In this document: positions 10,139 through 20,917 of the stretch, one piece after another | Numbering within the stretch: the first letter of the stretch is position 1 | How the letters are laid out: every line of letters starts with the position of its first letter | NCBI GenBank assembly: GCA_964291655.2 | Contig: OZ219802.1 | Location: forward strand, 1,152,001-1,216,000 | DNA: 64,000 nucleotides | Origin: Chloroflexota bacterium | GTDB lineage: Bacteria > Chloroflexota > UBA11872 > VXOZ01 | Direction: 5' to 3' | Translations under genes and position numbers: made by a program | The notes under the pieces: model-generated | What the model saw: the letters and a program-made list of their open reading frames with translations, nothing else | What the model was told of the DNA's origin: nothing | Databases searched by the model: none

Positions 10139-11383
10139 GTGGGTGTGATGGAACGACTGGCCCTGCACGGCGGGACACCGGTACGCGACGGTACGAAGCG
10201 TTGGCCTAAGTGGCCGCAGTTTGACGAGACGGAACTGCGCAACGTGCGCGCGGTCTTCGAGAGCAACCTCTGGGGCGGCACGTCGCACGGTCCCATGAAG
10301 ATGGCGGCGCAGGAGCAATTCGCCGCCTACCATGACGCGAAGTTCGGCATTGGGCTCATCAGTTGTACCGCCGGCCTGGAAATCGGGCTGAAGGCGTTTG
10401 GCGTGGGCGCGGGCGATGAGGTGATCGTGCCGGCGTTTACGTTCATCGCCACGGCGTTTGCGCCCATGTACCTTGGGGCGACGCCGGTGATGGCGGACAT
10501 TCACCCGGGTTCGCTCTGCCTGGACCCCGACCGCACGGAGGAGGCGATCACGCCCCGCACCCGCGCTATCAGCCCGGTGCACTACGGCGGCTATCCGGCG
10601 GATATGGAGCGGTTTGCGGAGATTGCGCGCAAGCACGACCTGGCGATCATCGTGGATGCGGCCCACGCCCACGGGGCGGAGTGGAAAGGCACGAAACTCG
10701 GCGGCATGGGCGACGCCAGTTCCTACAGCCTGGGCGGCGGCAAGAATATGAGCACCGGCGAGGGCGGCATGCTGACCACGGATAACGAGGAACTGGCTGA
10801 GCGCTGGCTGTATACGCTCTCCAGCTTTGGCCGGGCCAAGGGCGAGCCGGGTTACGTGCACTACGAGCTGGGCGGCCACTACCCGATGAATGAGTTCCAG
10901 GCGGCGATCCTGCTGGGACAGATGGAGCGGTTCGACGAGCAGACGAAGATACGCAACCGCAACGCGCGGTATCTCAACAGCCTGCTGGCGCAGATTGACG
11001 GCATCGAGCCGCCGCCGATTCCGCCGGAGGTGACCCAGCACGGCATGCACATCTACACGTTCCGCCTCAAGCCGGAAGAGTTCGGCACGGACAAACGGAC
11101 GTTCCTGGACGCCGCGCACGCGGAGGGCGTGCCGGTCTCCGGCGGGCACCCGCGGCCGATCTACGACAATCCGATGCTGGACCTGGAAACGGGCGACATC
11201 GCGGGCGGCGCGGGCAAATTCCGCGTGATGGAGTGTCCGGAGTCCGAACTCCTGACGCGGGAAGAAGGCATCGCTATGGGCCACGTGACCCTGCTGGCGG
11301 ATGAGTCCGATATGGACGACATCGCCGAGGGCATCGCCAAGGTGCGGCGCAACGTGGGCCAACTGCAACGAGTCGCGGTGTAG
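10139..11383 (+). CDS. DegT/DnrJ/EryC1/StrS family PLP aminotransferase
   Basis: VGAGDEVIVPAFTFIAT, PVHYGG, DAAHAHG, KNMSTGEGGM. Confidence 0.92.
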   Translation: MGVMERLALHGGTPVRDGTKRWPKWPQFDETELRNVRAVFESNLWGGTSHGPMKMAAQEQFAAYHDAKFGIGLISCTAGLEIGLKAFGVGAGDEVIVPAFTFIATAFAPMYLGATPVMADIHPGSLCLDPDRTEEAITPRTRAISPVHYGGYPADMERFAEIARKHDLAIIVDAAHAHGAEWKGTKLGGMGDASSYSLGGGKNMSTGEGGMLTTDNEELAERWLYTLSSFGRAKGEPGYVHYELGGHYPMNEFQAAILLGQMERFDEQTKIRNRNARYLNSLLAQIDGIEPPPIPPEVTQHGMHIYTFRLKPEEFGTDKRTFLDAAHAEGVPVSGGHPRPIYDNPMLDLETGDIAGGAGKFRVMECPESELLTREEGIAMGHVTLLADESDMDDIAEGIAKVRRNVGQLQRVAV

Positions 11384-11769
11384 GACTACTCAAGGCGGTC
11401 GTTGGCGTGGCGCGAGTTGGACAAAGGCGTGCCGGGGTAGCGAGGACGCGGTGGCTCTCTCTAATGGTCAGACCGCTGAGTGCCTTGCCAGTCAGCCTTG
11501 GCGCCCGGCTGTTGGCTGGGCAAGGGTGCGGGGCTTTCCTTTAATGGGGTCACCGACCGGTGTCCTACCTCTATTGAGGGAGAATCTGCTGCTCAGAGGC
11601 TAGTCCCTCTTTAGAGGCTGGTCCCTTAATTGATGTAAGGAAGATGGCTTGGCGGAAAGATGGATTCCCGCTTTCGCGAGAATAACGGACGACGCGCCCC
11701 TCGCGTTACCCTCTCACCTTCGCTCATCTGTAGCCCTTCTTCAACATACAAATGACAGATCGTGTTCGG

Positions 11770-12185
11770 TCTTCCTCTGCGTAGCGCGGGGGCTTGTCCC
11801 CCGCTCTTCAAACATAGCCGCACTTCCAACCTGACCGACTCCGCCACGGCATGTCTTGCGGCACTCGCCCTGGGCGGAAGTGACGCATCGTATACCGCTT
11901 TCCTCTGCGTAGCGCGGGGGCTTGTCCCCCGCTCTTCATCCTTTCCCGCACTTCCAACCTGACCGATTCTGCCACGGCATGTCATGCGGCACTCGCCCTG
12001 CGCGGAAGTGACGTATCGCAAACCGCCTTCCTCTGCGTAGCGTGGGGGCTTGTCCCCCGCTCTTCACACTTTCCCGCACTCCCAACCTGACCGACTCCGC
12101 CACGGCATGCCCCGCGGCACTCGCCCTGCGCGGAAGTGACGCATCGTATACCGCTTTCCTCTGCGTAGCGTGGGGGCTTGTCCCT
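11770..12185 (+). repeat. 128-bp tandem array built on a GTAG-type REP (GTAGCGCGGGGGCTTGTCCCCCGC)
   Basis: REP starts at 11781, 11909, 12037, 12165. Confidence 0.9.
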
Positions 12186-12354
12186 CAATTTTGTGGCATC
12201 TACCGCCGGGGTGAAGAATGTGGTGTTCTCGGTGCCCTGCCCGGTAGCGCAGGTTTGCAACCTGCGTCCTCCTGCTGGAACGCAGTCCTTGTGGTTGCAT
12301 GTCTTTTCTTATTGCCGCAACGCTGCATTTCCCCCTCACCCCGGCCCTCTCCCC

Positions 12355-12641
12355 TGTATAGACCGGGTTGATGGGTAACAGGTGTTCGGGTTGATAGGTT
12401 ACACCATCGAATATGGGAGTTTTCGTTGTATGCAGTGTCCATGCCATGGAAGTTAGACCAACTCAATACCCTTATGGATACGGCTTTTCCCCTGGCACCA
12501 GCTCACGAACTGAACATGAGTATGTCGTGGTGCCTGGAACGTCTATTTCTCTGCCCAACCTAAAGCGCCCAAAGGTGTCAATCAGTACAATGTGTAACCT
12601 ATCAACCCGAACACCTGTTACCTATCAGCCCAGTCTGTACA
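12355..12641 (+). mobile_element. IS481-derived MITE (family B, 287 bp)
   Basis: Ends match the IS481 at 57200..58464; 6-bp TSD CTCCCC; internal ATGCCATGGAAG remnant of the transposase start. Confidence 0.88.
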
Positions 12642-12739
12642 CTCCCCCAGGGAGAGGGAGCAAGACACGCCTCTCGAGGAGATTCGCGTTCCCTATGAGC
12701 GAAGGCGCTGCCAAACGTTCCCTTGTGCTTTTAGTGCGA

Positions 12740-13092
12740 CAGCATTGGGGCTTGTCCCCCGCTCTTCATCCTTTCCCGCACTTCCAACCTGACCGACTTC
12801 ACCACGGCATGTCTTGCGGCACTCACCCTGCGCGGAAGTGACGCATCGCAAACCGCCTTCCTCTGTGTAGCGCGGGGGCTTGTCCCCCGCTCTTCACACT
12901 TTCCCGCACTCCCAACCTGACCGACTCCGCCACGGCATGTCATGCGGCACACGCCCTGCGCGGAAGTGACGCATCGCAAACCGCCTTCCTCTGCGTAGCG
13001 CGGGGGCTTGTCCCCCGCTCTTCATACATTCCCACACTTCCAACCTGATGTACTCCACTACGGCATTTGGCCGGGCACACGCCCTGCGCGGG
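12740..13092 (+). repeat. Continuation of the 128-bp GTAG-REP tandem array
   Basis: REP starts near 12740, at 12867 and at 12995. Confidence 0.88.
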
Positions 13093-13348
13093 AATGGTAG
13101 ATTGCTTGGACAGAGACGAACTCACGGCTCCGGTGGGCAATCTCTTACCCAATAGGCCTGTCGCTGGCGGCGTCCAGCACAATACTCCGCCGGCAACATG
13201 AGACCCACTTTCATTCCCGAACAGAGCCTTCGGCAAACTCTGCCAAGAGATCGGTCTCGGACAGTGTGGACGTAGCTTCCAGTGTGGACGGAGCTTCGCC
13301 CTCACGTCAGCCCTTGCTTGCCATCCCATGCTCGTTCCGGGGGCGGAG

Positions 13349-13460
13349 TGAGCACACCTAGATTGTGAGCACACTTACAACGTGTGCACGATTATAGCTT
13401 GAGCACGTAGACAACGAGTGCAAATCTACAACTTGAGCACCTCGACAACGTGTGCATGCC
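13349..13460. repeat. Seven 17-bp-period units (TGWGCAC core) upstream of the TPR lipoprotein gene
   Basis: Cores at 13349, 13366, 13383, 13400, 13417, 13434, 13451. Confidence 0.75.
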
Positions 13461-13555
13461 TGCCGAGCCGCGGTGGAACCGAGCGCGCAGGCGCGCTACG
13501 GGTGGTAGAATGAAATTAAGGCAACCCACTAATTGAAAGCGAGCGTCATAGCCAA

Positions 13556-14731
13556 ATGCGTGTATGGAGGCGGTGGAGGATAGCACTAGCCAGTGTCTTG
13601 CTTACGCTGGCTCTCGGCGCTTGTGCGCCAAGTATTCCGTTCTTTTCCGGCGATGATGTCGGTGTTGATGAACTCTTGGCGCAAGGTCAGGAAGCTCTGC
13701 AAAAGGGCGACCTGGAGTCGGCTATGGACATTTACAATGAGGCCGTTGATAAGTATCCTAATGAATCCCACCCGTATCATCAGCGCGCTCTTGTACACGC
13801 GCAGTTGGGAGACATCGCCAGCGCGCTGCGGGACATGGATCGCTCGATTGAAAGCGATCCCAACGACGCCAGCCACATCTTCTTCCGGGCCGGCATCTAC
13901 CTCAACATAGGAAACCTGCAAGGGGCGCTCGATGACTTAACGCGGCTTATTGAACTCGATCCGAGTTTTGTTGAGGCCTACTTGGCACGCGCTTCAATCT
14001 ACTATGCGCAGAACCGCATGGACGAGGCCCTGGCTGACGTGGGCATGGCCATAGAACTTCGTCCCAACGAAGCGGAACTCTACTTCCGTCGCGCCAGTTT
14101 CCTTTTGACGCGAAACGACTACCAGGGCGCTGTTGACGACCTTACCAGAGCAGTGGAAGTCAACCCCGATTATGCTGAGGCGTATTACCTGCGGGGTCTG
14201 GTGGAGCAGGTGGAGGGCAACTTGGAAGCCGCGCTCGCCGACCTGAGCAAGGCCGTGGAATTGGCGCCGGAACAGCCGCAGCCGTACGTGGCCCGCGCGG
14301 GCATCTTACAAGAATTGGAACGCTACGACGATGCTCTGGTAGACCTGCAGCAAGCGGTAAACATAACCCCGCAAAGTCCGGAGCCCTATGCTGCCCGCGC
14401 TGAGGTCTATCGAGCCATGGGCCAGCTTGCGCGCGCGCTCGATGACGCGAATCGGGCTATCGACCTAGGTGAAGGCGACCCGCGGTATCTCTTGACCCGC
14501 GCGGCAGTTCTCGCCGCTCAGGACAATACGACCCAGGCCCTGCGTGACTTGGACAACGCGGTGGAGGCGGACCCAGGCTTGGCGCAGGCGTTCTTGCAAC
14601 GCGCCGAGATATACGAAAAGCTAGGCGAAACAGAAAAGGCAATAGAAGACTACACCCGGGTGCTCTCTATTCCCGCTTCGGACCAGATGCTCGAGCAGGC
14701 CCGCACGGCGCTGGAACGATTGCGCAGTTAG
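13556..14731 (+). CDS. TPR-repeat lipoprotein
   Basis: Lipobox LGAC followed by about ten 34-aa TPR repeats. Confidence 0.9.
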   Translation: MRVWRRWRIALASVLLTLALGACAPSIPFFSGDDVGVDELLAQGQEALQKGDLESAMDIYNEAVDKYPNESHPYHQRALVHAQLGDIASALRDMDRSIESDPNDASHIFFRAGIYLNIGNLQGALDDLTRLIELDPSFVEAYLARASIYYAQNRMDEALADVGMAIELRPNEAELYFRRASFLLTRNDYQGAVDDLTRAVEVNPDYAEAYYLRGLVEQVEGNLEAALADLSKAVELAPEQPQPYVARAGILQELERYDDALVDLQQAVNITPQSPEPYAARAEVYRAMGQLARALDDANRAIDLGEGDPRYLLTRAAVLAAQDNTTQALRDLDNAVEADPGLAQAFLQRAEIYEKLGETEKAIEDYTRVLSIPASDQMLEQARTALERLRS

Positions 14732-15139
14732 GCGGATACGTGCTCTCGTCTCTTCTGCATCTGACGCGCTGCGGTTGAGCGCGTAACCCGAACAGGATCG
14801 CACGCTGCGGCGAGCGGGCGATCCTCTGGGGACATCATTGGGCATTCCACTCCGGACTATTAGGGCCCCCCGAATCCCTCGTTGAGACCATTGAAGTGCT
14901 CCGCCGAGTGCGCCGGCATAGGCTGGATGCGGCGAATGTGCTCCCTCACACCGACTCCTTCCCCAGGAGACCTCCGCATAACCCCACTTTCAAGCAGGGG
15001 CACTCCCTCTTCTGTGGGGGAGGGTTGCCCTTCGCGCCGAGCCGGAGGCCTCCACTGGGACAACACAAGCCTTTCTGCCATGGGCAGATGTTGTGTGCAG
15101 GTCCCCTTGTTGGGACGCCAGTCGGACTGCGCTGTGCCT

Positions 15140-16660
15140 CTAACGCGCCAGTTCAGCCGCGCCGCTTGCGGTGGAGCTTTGGTCCCATTGTGGTGAAGAT
15201 GGGGATTCATCCCTGGCGTTCACGCCCGCCAATGCGGAGAGGACCCCAAGGAGTACGCCGAGCAGAATGCCGATACTATGCACGAAGAGACTATCCACGA
15301 GACTGTGGGCACAGAAGGCAGCCAGACTGCCCATCAGTCCGAGTGCGAGCAAGCGCCCCCACGCGTCGGAAGTTTGCCGCCAATTGTGAGCGGCCAATCG
15401 CCAAGCGAGACCCAAGAAGAGCAGAAAAGCGGTGAGTGTTAGCAGCCCCCCTTCTGCCGCTAGATTGAGGTAGTAGTTATGCGCGTGGCCGACGCCGGTC
15501 GGCCAGCCGGGCAACGCATAGGTTGCATATGCCTTGGGGTAGTTGCCAATGCCCACACCGAGGAAGGGATTTTCGGCAAACATCTGCCAGCCGGCATACC
15601 ACTGCGAAACCCGTTCTAAGATGGCCCAGTTGTCGGGATTCGGTCCGGCGCGCAACTCTTGCACCAGACGCGAGCCATACGTGAACAAATCAGTCACACG
15701 GGTTAGCAAGGCCTCCGGTACTAACCCAAACACCAGGACAACCAGCGTTCCCGTCATCCCACCGTATGCCAGCGCGATGGCACGCAATCGGTTGCGTTGG
15801 CTGTCGAGCAACCAAACTATGCTAAGTGCCGCCAGCGTTCCCAGCCACGCGCCCCGCGAAAGGCTGAGCGCAATACCGACTGCCAGTGCGATACTTGCAC
15901 CCCAGCCCAATAGGCGTATGTTGCCACGGGGCGCTGAGAGCGCTATAGCAAGTGCAATGGGGAGAATCAGCGCCAGGTAGCCCCCGTACGGGTTGGGTTG
16001 TCCAAACGTGCCGTGGGCCCGCATCAGAATGCCTCCGGCGAGAAAGTGCGGCGGACCGATCCGGAAGGCTACCTGAAGCAAGCCGATGCCAACCTCTGCC
16101 AGGGCAACGAGCAACAGCACCCCGACCAATGCAGCGAGCACGCGGCGGCTACGCACCGTCGTGGCGGTGACAAGGTAGATCACAAAGAGCTCGGCCCACT
16201 TGCTAACCTCTTTTATGCTCAGCAACAGACTGTCCGCGGCGAGCGCGGAGAGTCCCATTGGAATCAATACAATGATGATGGATATAGTCAAAGATGGCAG
16301 CGAGGGCGTGTACCACCGCCCCACGAGCATACCGGCGAGCCAGGAGAGACCGATGAGCGCGACAAGGGGCTCGTTAACCGTTATGTCAACGTTGTCCGGT
16401 AGGCTGATGGTGCGGATGCTGCCAAAGGGAACAGTCAACAGGAGCATGCCGACACCCAAGACCGGATAGGCAAAGACGGCCACAGTCCCCGCCACCGCGC
16501 CGATTGTCAGAAGCGCCCATAGTGGAGGCAAAAACCACGCCACCAGGAGCGCGGCGAGCACACCGCAGAAACCAAGCAAACGCCATCTTTGCATCGAAAG
16601 GCGTTGCCGAGCGTAGATCCGTTCGGAGATCGCGGTGCTGTACTTGATCATGGTGTTCAC
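15140..16660 (-). CDS. O-antigen ligase family membrane protein
   Basis: Multi-TM; GTFGQPN, LSLSRGAW, PFLGVGIGNY, HAHNYYL motifs. Confidence 0.88.
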   Translation of the reverse strand: MNTMIKYSTAISERIYARQRLSMQRWRLLGFCGVLAALLVAWFLPPLWALLTIGAVAGTVAVFAYPVLGVGMLLLTVPFGSIRTISLPDNVDITVNEPLVALIGLSWLAGMLVGRWYTPSLPSLTISIIIVLIPMGLSALAADSLLLSIKEVSKWAELFVIYLVTATTVRSRRVLAALVGVLLLVALAEVGIGLLQVAFRIGPPHFLAGGILMRAHGTFGQPNPYGGYLALILPIALAIALSAPRGNIRLLGWGASIALAVGIALSLSRGAWLGTLAALSIVWLLDSQRNRLRAIALAYGGMTGTLVVLVFGLVPEALLTRVTDLFTYGSRLVQELRAGPNPDNWAILERVSQWYAGWQMFAENPFLGVGIGNYPKAYATYALPGWPTGVGHAHNYYLNLAAEGGLLTLTAFLLFLGLAWRLAAHNWRQTSDAWGRLLALGLMGSLAAFCAHSLVDSLFVHSIGILLGVLLGVLSALAGVNARDESPSSPQWDQSSTASGAAELAR

Positions 16661-16954
16661 TATAGCACGGGGCGGAGCGGTGATCGGAAAGGCACGAGAG
16701 AAGGGTGGTAGTCGTTCGCGATTGGCTGTTATTAGCTGTGACTTGGAGCCTCTTTACTTGAGTCTGATAGCTGAGAGGATGAGCCCGGATTAGGGATAAA
16801 TCTGCCTGGCCCTGGCGCTTTCGCGCATCGGGGCGAGAACTGTGCGGCTAATGTCGGCCCAAGTTCGTCAGAATGGTTGCGTTGCACACAGACGCCACCG
16901 GGAGCGATATCCGACAATGCGAAAACCACCCCTCACCCCGACCCTCTCCCCCAG

Positions 16955-17093
16955 GAGACCCTTGCGTAACTCCGTCATTCCGGCGCAAGCCGGAATCCAG
17001 AGCGCGTTTACAACTAAAGATAGCATGATGTCAAGTCATTTCACCCCCATCCCAACCTTCCCCCTCAAAGGTGAAGGGTTATGCAATGATCTC
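16955..17093. mobile_element. Short GAGACC-ended MITE carrying a GTCATTCCGGCGCAAGCCGGAATCCA palindrome
   Basis: Imperfect TIR GAGACCCTTGCGTAAC / GTTATGCAATGATCTC; TSD CCCAG. Confidence 0.7.
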
Positions 17094-17262
17094 CCCAGGG
17101 AGAGTGAGCAAAGCGACGGAGGGAGCTACGCAAGGTTTGAGGTTATTCCTTTCCTTGCGACCAGGGCAACACAAGATTCTCCCCAGGGAGTAGAAGATTC
17201 CCCATGTCCGATCTAGTACGTACTGGAGGATTCTTGGAGCGCAACACAAATTACGTCACTGA

Positions 17263-18087
17263 TTGCCAAGAGCAGCGAGAGCAGTGAGTACTCCGACCAA
17301 GTCCGATAATGAACCGCTGCGCTGGCGGGAAGTAGCCCAAGCGGTGCGGCAGCAACAGATAGGCCACAGTGTGGTCTATCGCACGGAAGTAGATTCCACG
17401 ATGGAGGTCTGCCATGCGCTGGCACGCGCCGGCGCTGAGTCCGGAGTGGTTGTGGCGGCCGACTCCCAGAGTGCCGGCCGGGGCAGACAAGGCCGGGCTT
17501 GGCACGCACCGCCCTCTACCTGTCTGCTCTTTTCCGTGCTCTTGCGGCCCACGTTGCAGCGCAATCAGTGGTTGCACGCGCTATGGCCGCTGGCGGTGGC
17601 GCTGCAAGAAGCCACGGAGCACGTGACAGGCTTGCGCGCAGCGATCAAGTGGCCGAACGACCTCATCCTGTGCGGCAAGAAGCTGGGGGGTCTGCTTGCC
17701 GAGACAACGGCGGACGCCGTGGTAGTCGGCGCGGGTCTAAATGTGAATTTTTCCACAGAAACCCTCTCGCTCGACCAACCGGTTACTACGGTTTCAGACG
17801 CGCTTGGCCGTTACATCTCCCGCGAAGAACTCTTGGTCGCCAGCCTTCGTTCGTTTGACCGTTGGTACCGTCGCTGGCTTGCGGCGCCCGACGAGGTGTG
17901 GCAGGCCTGGCGAGACGGCGCGTATTTGATCGGTCAGGCTGTGGACGTATCCGTTGGCGGGAACACGTTCAGCGGAATCGCGGAGGACCAGGACCGCAAC
18001 GGGCGCCTCTGCGTACGCGCAGCCGATGGGCGCGTGCGTCGATTCACGGCTGGCGATGTGAGCGTCCGCCTAATGCGTGCGCGGTAA
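17263..18087 (+). CDS. birA: Biotin--protein ligase
   Basis: STM, QSAGRGRQGRAW, KWPND, KKLGGLL, GAGLNVN. Confidence 0.93.
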   Translation: MPRAARAVSTPTKSDNEPLRWREVAQAVRQQQIGHSVVYRTEVDSTMEVCHALARAGAESGVVVAADSQSAGRGRQGRAWHAPPSTCLLFSVLLRPTLQRNQWLHALWPLAVALQEATEHVTGLRAAIKWPNDLILCGKKLGGLLAETTADAVVVGAGLNVNFSTETLSLDQPVTTVSDALGRYISREELLVASLRSFDRWYRRWLAAPDEVWQAWRDGAYLIGQAVDVSVGGNTFSGIAEDQDRNGRLCVRAADGRVRRFTAGDVSVRLMRAR

Positions 18088-18667
18088 CGGCACCGGGAGC
18101 TTGCCTGCGGCTGACCGGGTGATGTGCCACTCCCGGACTGGGAGAGCATGCGGACCCATCGAGCGGCGCGGTGTCCCAGGAGCGAAGGATTCTATCCTGC
18201 GCTAGCCATTAGCAAGCTATCGCGCCACTCTACCAAACAGTCGGAAATGGGCCGGACCGGCACCGACTTCCCTCTCGCTAGCTGACCCTTGCGCAATTCT
18301 GAAGGCGGAGGGCAAATTTGCTGGAGAGAAAGAGAATTCCCCTCACCCCAACCCTCTCCCCCAGGAGAGGGAGTGCCCCTGCTTGAAAGTGGGTCTATGC
18401 AAAGGTCTCCCCAGGGAGAGGGAGTGTTCTCGCCTGTAGGCATGAGTCTTGCAAGGGCCTTCCCAGGGCGAAGGAGTACTCTCACCTGCAAGCCTGGGCA
18501 ATGCAGAAACCTCCCCAGGGCGTGGGAGGTCTCTTCATCAGCAGGGACAACAAGCTGTGCAAGGCATGCCCCGTACGTGGTACGGGGCTGTCTTCGACGG
18601 AGAGTTGGATTGGATCCCAATTAGGTTTGATCGAGGAAAACCCGGAATGGGACTGTTGTTCGAGCTG

Positions 18668-19402
18668 CTACGCCTGCGCCTCGGCCTCCGGCTGTTGGAG
18701 CTCGATGACGACGCGCCGCTCGTCCCCGGTGCCGGTGGAGTGGGTCGAGACGTCGTCGTCTTCAGCGAGGGTCAGATGGATGATGCGCCGCTCGTGGGGC
18801 GGCATCGCCTCCAGCGTGATTGCCTTGCCGTTTTCGCGAACCAGGTCTGCCAGACGGCGGGCCATACCGGTGAGCAACTCCTCACGGCGCTGGCGATAGC
18901 CGCCAATATCGACCACGACGAGATCGTGCTCGCCAAGCTGTTTCGTCAGCATGAGATTGAAGAGGAATTGGATCGAACGCAGCGTGGTACCGCGCTTGCC
19001 GACGAAGGCGTCAGTGCCGTCGCCGGAAACGTTGAGGCGGAGTGGCTCGGTTCCGGTCACCTCAACTGTAACGGTGCTGCCAAGATGGTGGAAGAATTCG
19101 CGGAGGAGTTCCGTAGCATCGTCAAGCTGTTCCTGCGCCAGCGGCAACTCCGGGGTCTCCGGCGCCGGTTCGGGGGCGGCCGCTTCCACAGGAGTTTCTT
19201 CCTCGACGGTCTCGTCAGCAGCGCCTTCCGGTTTCAATTCCACGAGCACACGGGTTTCTCCACCGCCAAGGCCGAAGAGACCTCCGGTGCCCGCGCTAAT
19301 GACCCGAACGGTCACGGCATCGCGTGAGGCGCCGAGTTCCTCGAGGGCGTTCTGAATTGCATCTTCGACTGTTTTGCCGGTTGCTTCAACGCTTTCCGCC
19401 AC
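18668..19402 (-). CDS. jag: Jag/EloR RNA-binding protein (Jag-N, KH, R3H)
   Basis: GTG start overlapping yidC end; VEATGKTVEDAI, GKRGTTL, ERRIIH; synteny. Confidence 0.92.
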   Translation of the reverse strand: MAESVEATGKTVEDAIQNALEELGASRDAVTVRVISAGTGGLFGLGGGETRVLVELKPEGAADETVEEETPVEAAAPEPAPETPELPLAQEQLDDATELLREFFHHLGSTVTVEVTGTEPLRLNVSGDGTDAFVGKRGTTLRSIQFLFNLMLTKQLGEHDLVVVDIGGYRQRREELLTGMARRLADLVRENGKAITLEAMPPHERRIIHLTLAEDDDVSTHSTGTGDERRVVIELQQPEAEAQA

Positions 19403-20462
19403 CTTTTTTCTTCTCCCTCTTGCGCGACCTTGATCTGCCAGTGTTGGGCGCTTCTTTGGCAGCGCCTTCTCCCTGGTCGTCGGCATCATCCAGGCCGAGT
19501 TCTTGTAGAGTCGTTTCGGTGAGATCAGGAATGGACGAACGTTTCACTCCCCCAAATGATAACCCACCCAGGAGTCCGCCGGGACGCTCCGGCGCGACCT
19601 CTTGCTGACTCTTTGCGGGTGCTTGGGGCGTCTTCTTTTGGCCGTCTTCCTTGGTCGCTGGCGGGGCAGCGGGCGATTGCGCCGGTTTGGCACTTTGGCT
19701 GTTGCTGTTCTGGGCAACCGCTGCCGGCGCCGTTGCCGGTATGTTCAGGCCCTTGTCCCGCATGATGAACCACTGCTGCCCGATGCTGAAAACATTGGAA
19801 ACCACCCAATACAGGGCAAGACCCGATGGAAACTGCATAGCAAAGAAGACAATCATGATGGGCATGAATTGCATTACGTTCTGGATCATCTGCTGCTGCG
19901 GGTCTTTGGTCATTCGATTCATCATCATGCGTTGCACGACCCACTGGGTGGCGCCGGCGGTGAGCGCCAACGCGCCGGGCAGCTTGAACGGCAAGTCAAC
20001 GCCCGGCGGCAGCCAAACGTCAGGTACGGCCAAGTCGGAAAGCCAAAGGAATGCCATCTCCAGGCCGGCCATCGTCACCTCGTCGTTTGTCACACCAATG
20101 ATGGCCCAGTAGAGTGCGAACAATACGGGCAACTGGGCTAGTTGGGGCAGACATCCCATGAGCGGATTAACGCCGTGCAGCTTGTAAAGCTCCATCTGGG
20201 CCTGCGCCATGGCTTGACGGTCACCCTTATGTTGTCTCTGCAATTCCTTCAGGCGGGGCGACAACAACTGCATGCGACGTGAAGAGCGCAGACTTGTCAC
20301 ACTGAGCGGAAAGAGAATGAGTCGTACGATGACTGTGAAGATCATGATGGCAATGCCAAAGCTCGGCACGCCCGCGTATTCGGTCAGATCGTAAAGACGG
20401 AGCAAACCGTTTTGGAGGCCACCAACGAGTATGTCGTTCCAGAGTGTGCCGAAAAATTCCAC
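19386..20462 (-). CDS. yidC: Membrane protein insertase YidC
   Basis: FGIAIMIFTVIVR, NPLMGCLP, PSGLALYW; synteny. Confidence 0.93.
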   Translation of the reverse strand: MEFFGTLWNDILVGGLQNGLLRLYDLTEYAGVPSFGIAIMIFTVIVRLILFPLSVTSLRSSRRMQLLSPRLKELQRQHKGDRQAMAQAQMELYKLHGVNPLMGCLPQLAQLPVLFALYWAIIGVTNDEVTMAGLEMAFLWLSDLAVPDVWLPPGVDLPFKLPGALALTAGATQWVVQRMMMNRMTKDPQQQMIQNVMQFMPIMIVFFAMQFPSGLALYWVVSNVFSIGQQWFIMRDKGLNIPATAPAAVAQNSNSQSAKPAQSPAAPPATKEDGQKKTPQAPAKSQQEVAPERPGGLLGGLSFGGVKRSSIPDLTETTLQELGLDDADDQGEGAAKEAPNTGRSRSRKREKKKGGGKR

Positions 20463-20600
20463 TGGAACCGCTTTCTCTTCCTAAGTGTTGCCGGGATACT
20501 TGATATTGTCTCTGTGCCTACCCACCACGGCTGTCACCGGGGTGCTTCGCGGCACTCACGAGCGCGGTGTCATCCAAACCTGCCGCTTTGTGTTTCTACT

Positions 20601-20867
20601 CTACGTCCGCCGCGTTCGGCTGCTCACGGCAGCGTCATCGCGAGCAATCTCGGGCACCGGATCGGCGCCGCCGGGATGGAACGGGTGGCACCGCGCGACG
20701 CGCTTGATGCCCAACCAGCCGCCCCGGAGCAGTCCATGCTCCACGATAGCGTCGTAGCAGTACTCCGAGCACGTAGGCGCGTACCTGCAGCTTGGCGGCA
20801 GCAGCGGCGAAATTGCCAGCCGGTATCCTTGAATAAGCCGCAGCGCAACCGAACTGCCGAGGGACAC
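20601..20867 (-). CDS. yidD: Membrane protein insertion efficiency factor
   Basis: [27 protein letters not shown]. Confidence 0.93.
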   Translation of the reverse strand: MSLGSSVALRLIQGYRLAISPLLPPSCRYAPTCSEYCYDAIVEHGLLRGGWLGIKRVARCHPFHPGGADPVPEIARDDAAVSSRTRRT

Positions 20868-20917
20868 GAGACATCTTCTCCCGGTTTCTCAATCTTTCGA
20901 GGCCCTGTCAGCAAGTC

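Noticed and set aside
9968-11368. 466-aa minus-strand ORF (and similar long antisense ORFs over clpC, cysS and the SBP genes)
   Set aside because: Typical GC-rich antisense shadows of well-supported genes
11770-13092. CRISPR array
   Set aside because: Inter-repeat segments are near-identical rather than unique spacers, the period is 128 bp, and no cas genes are present
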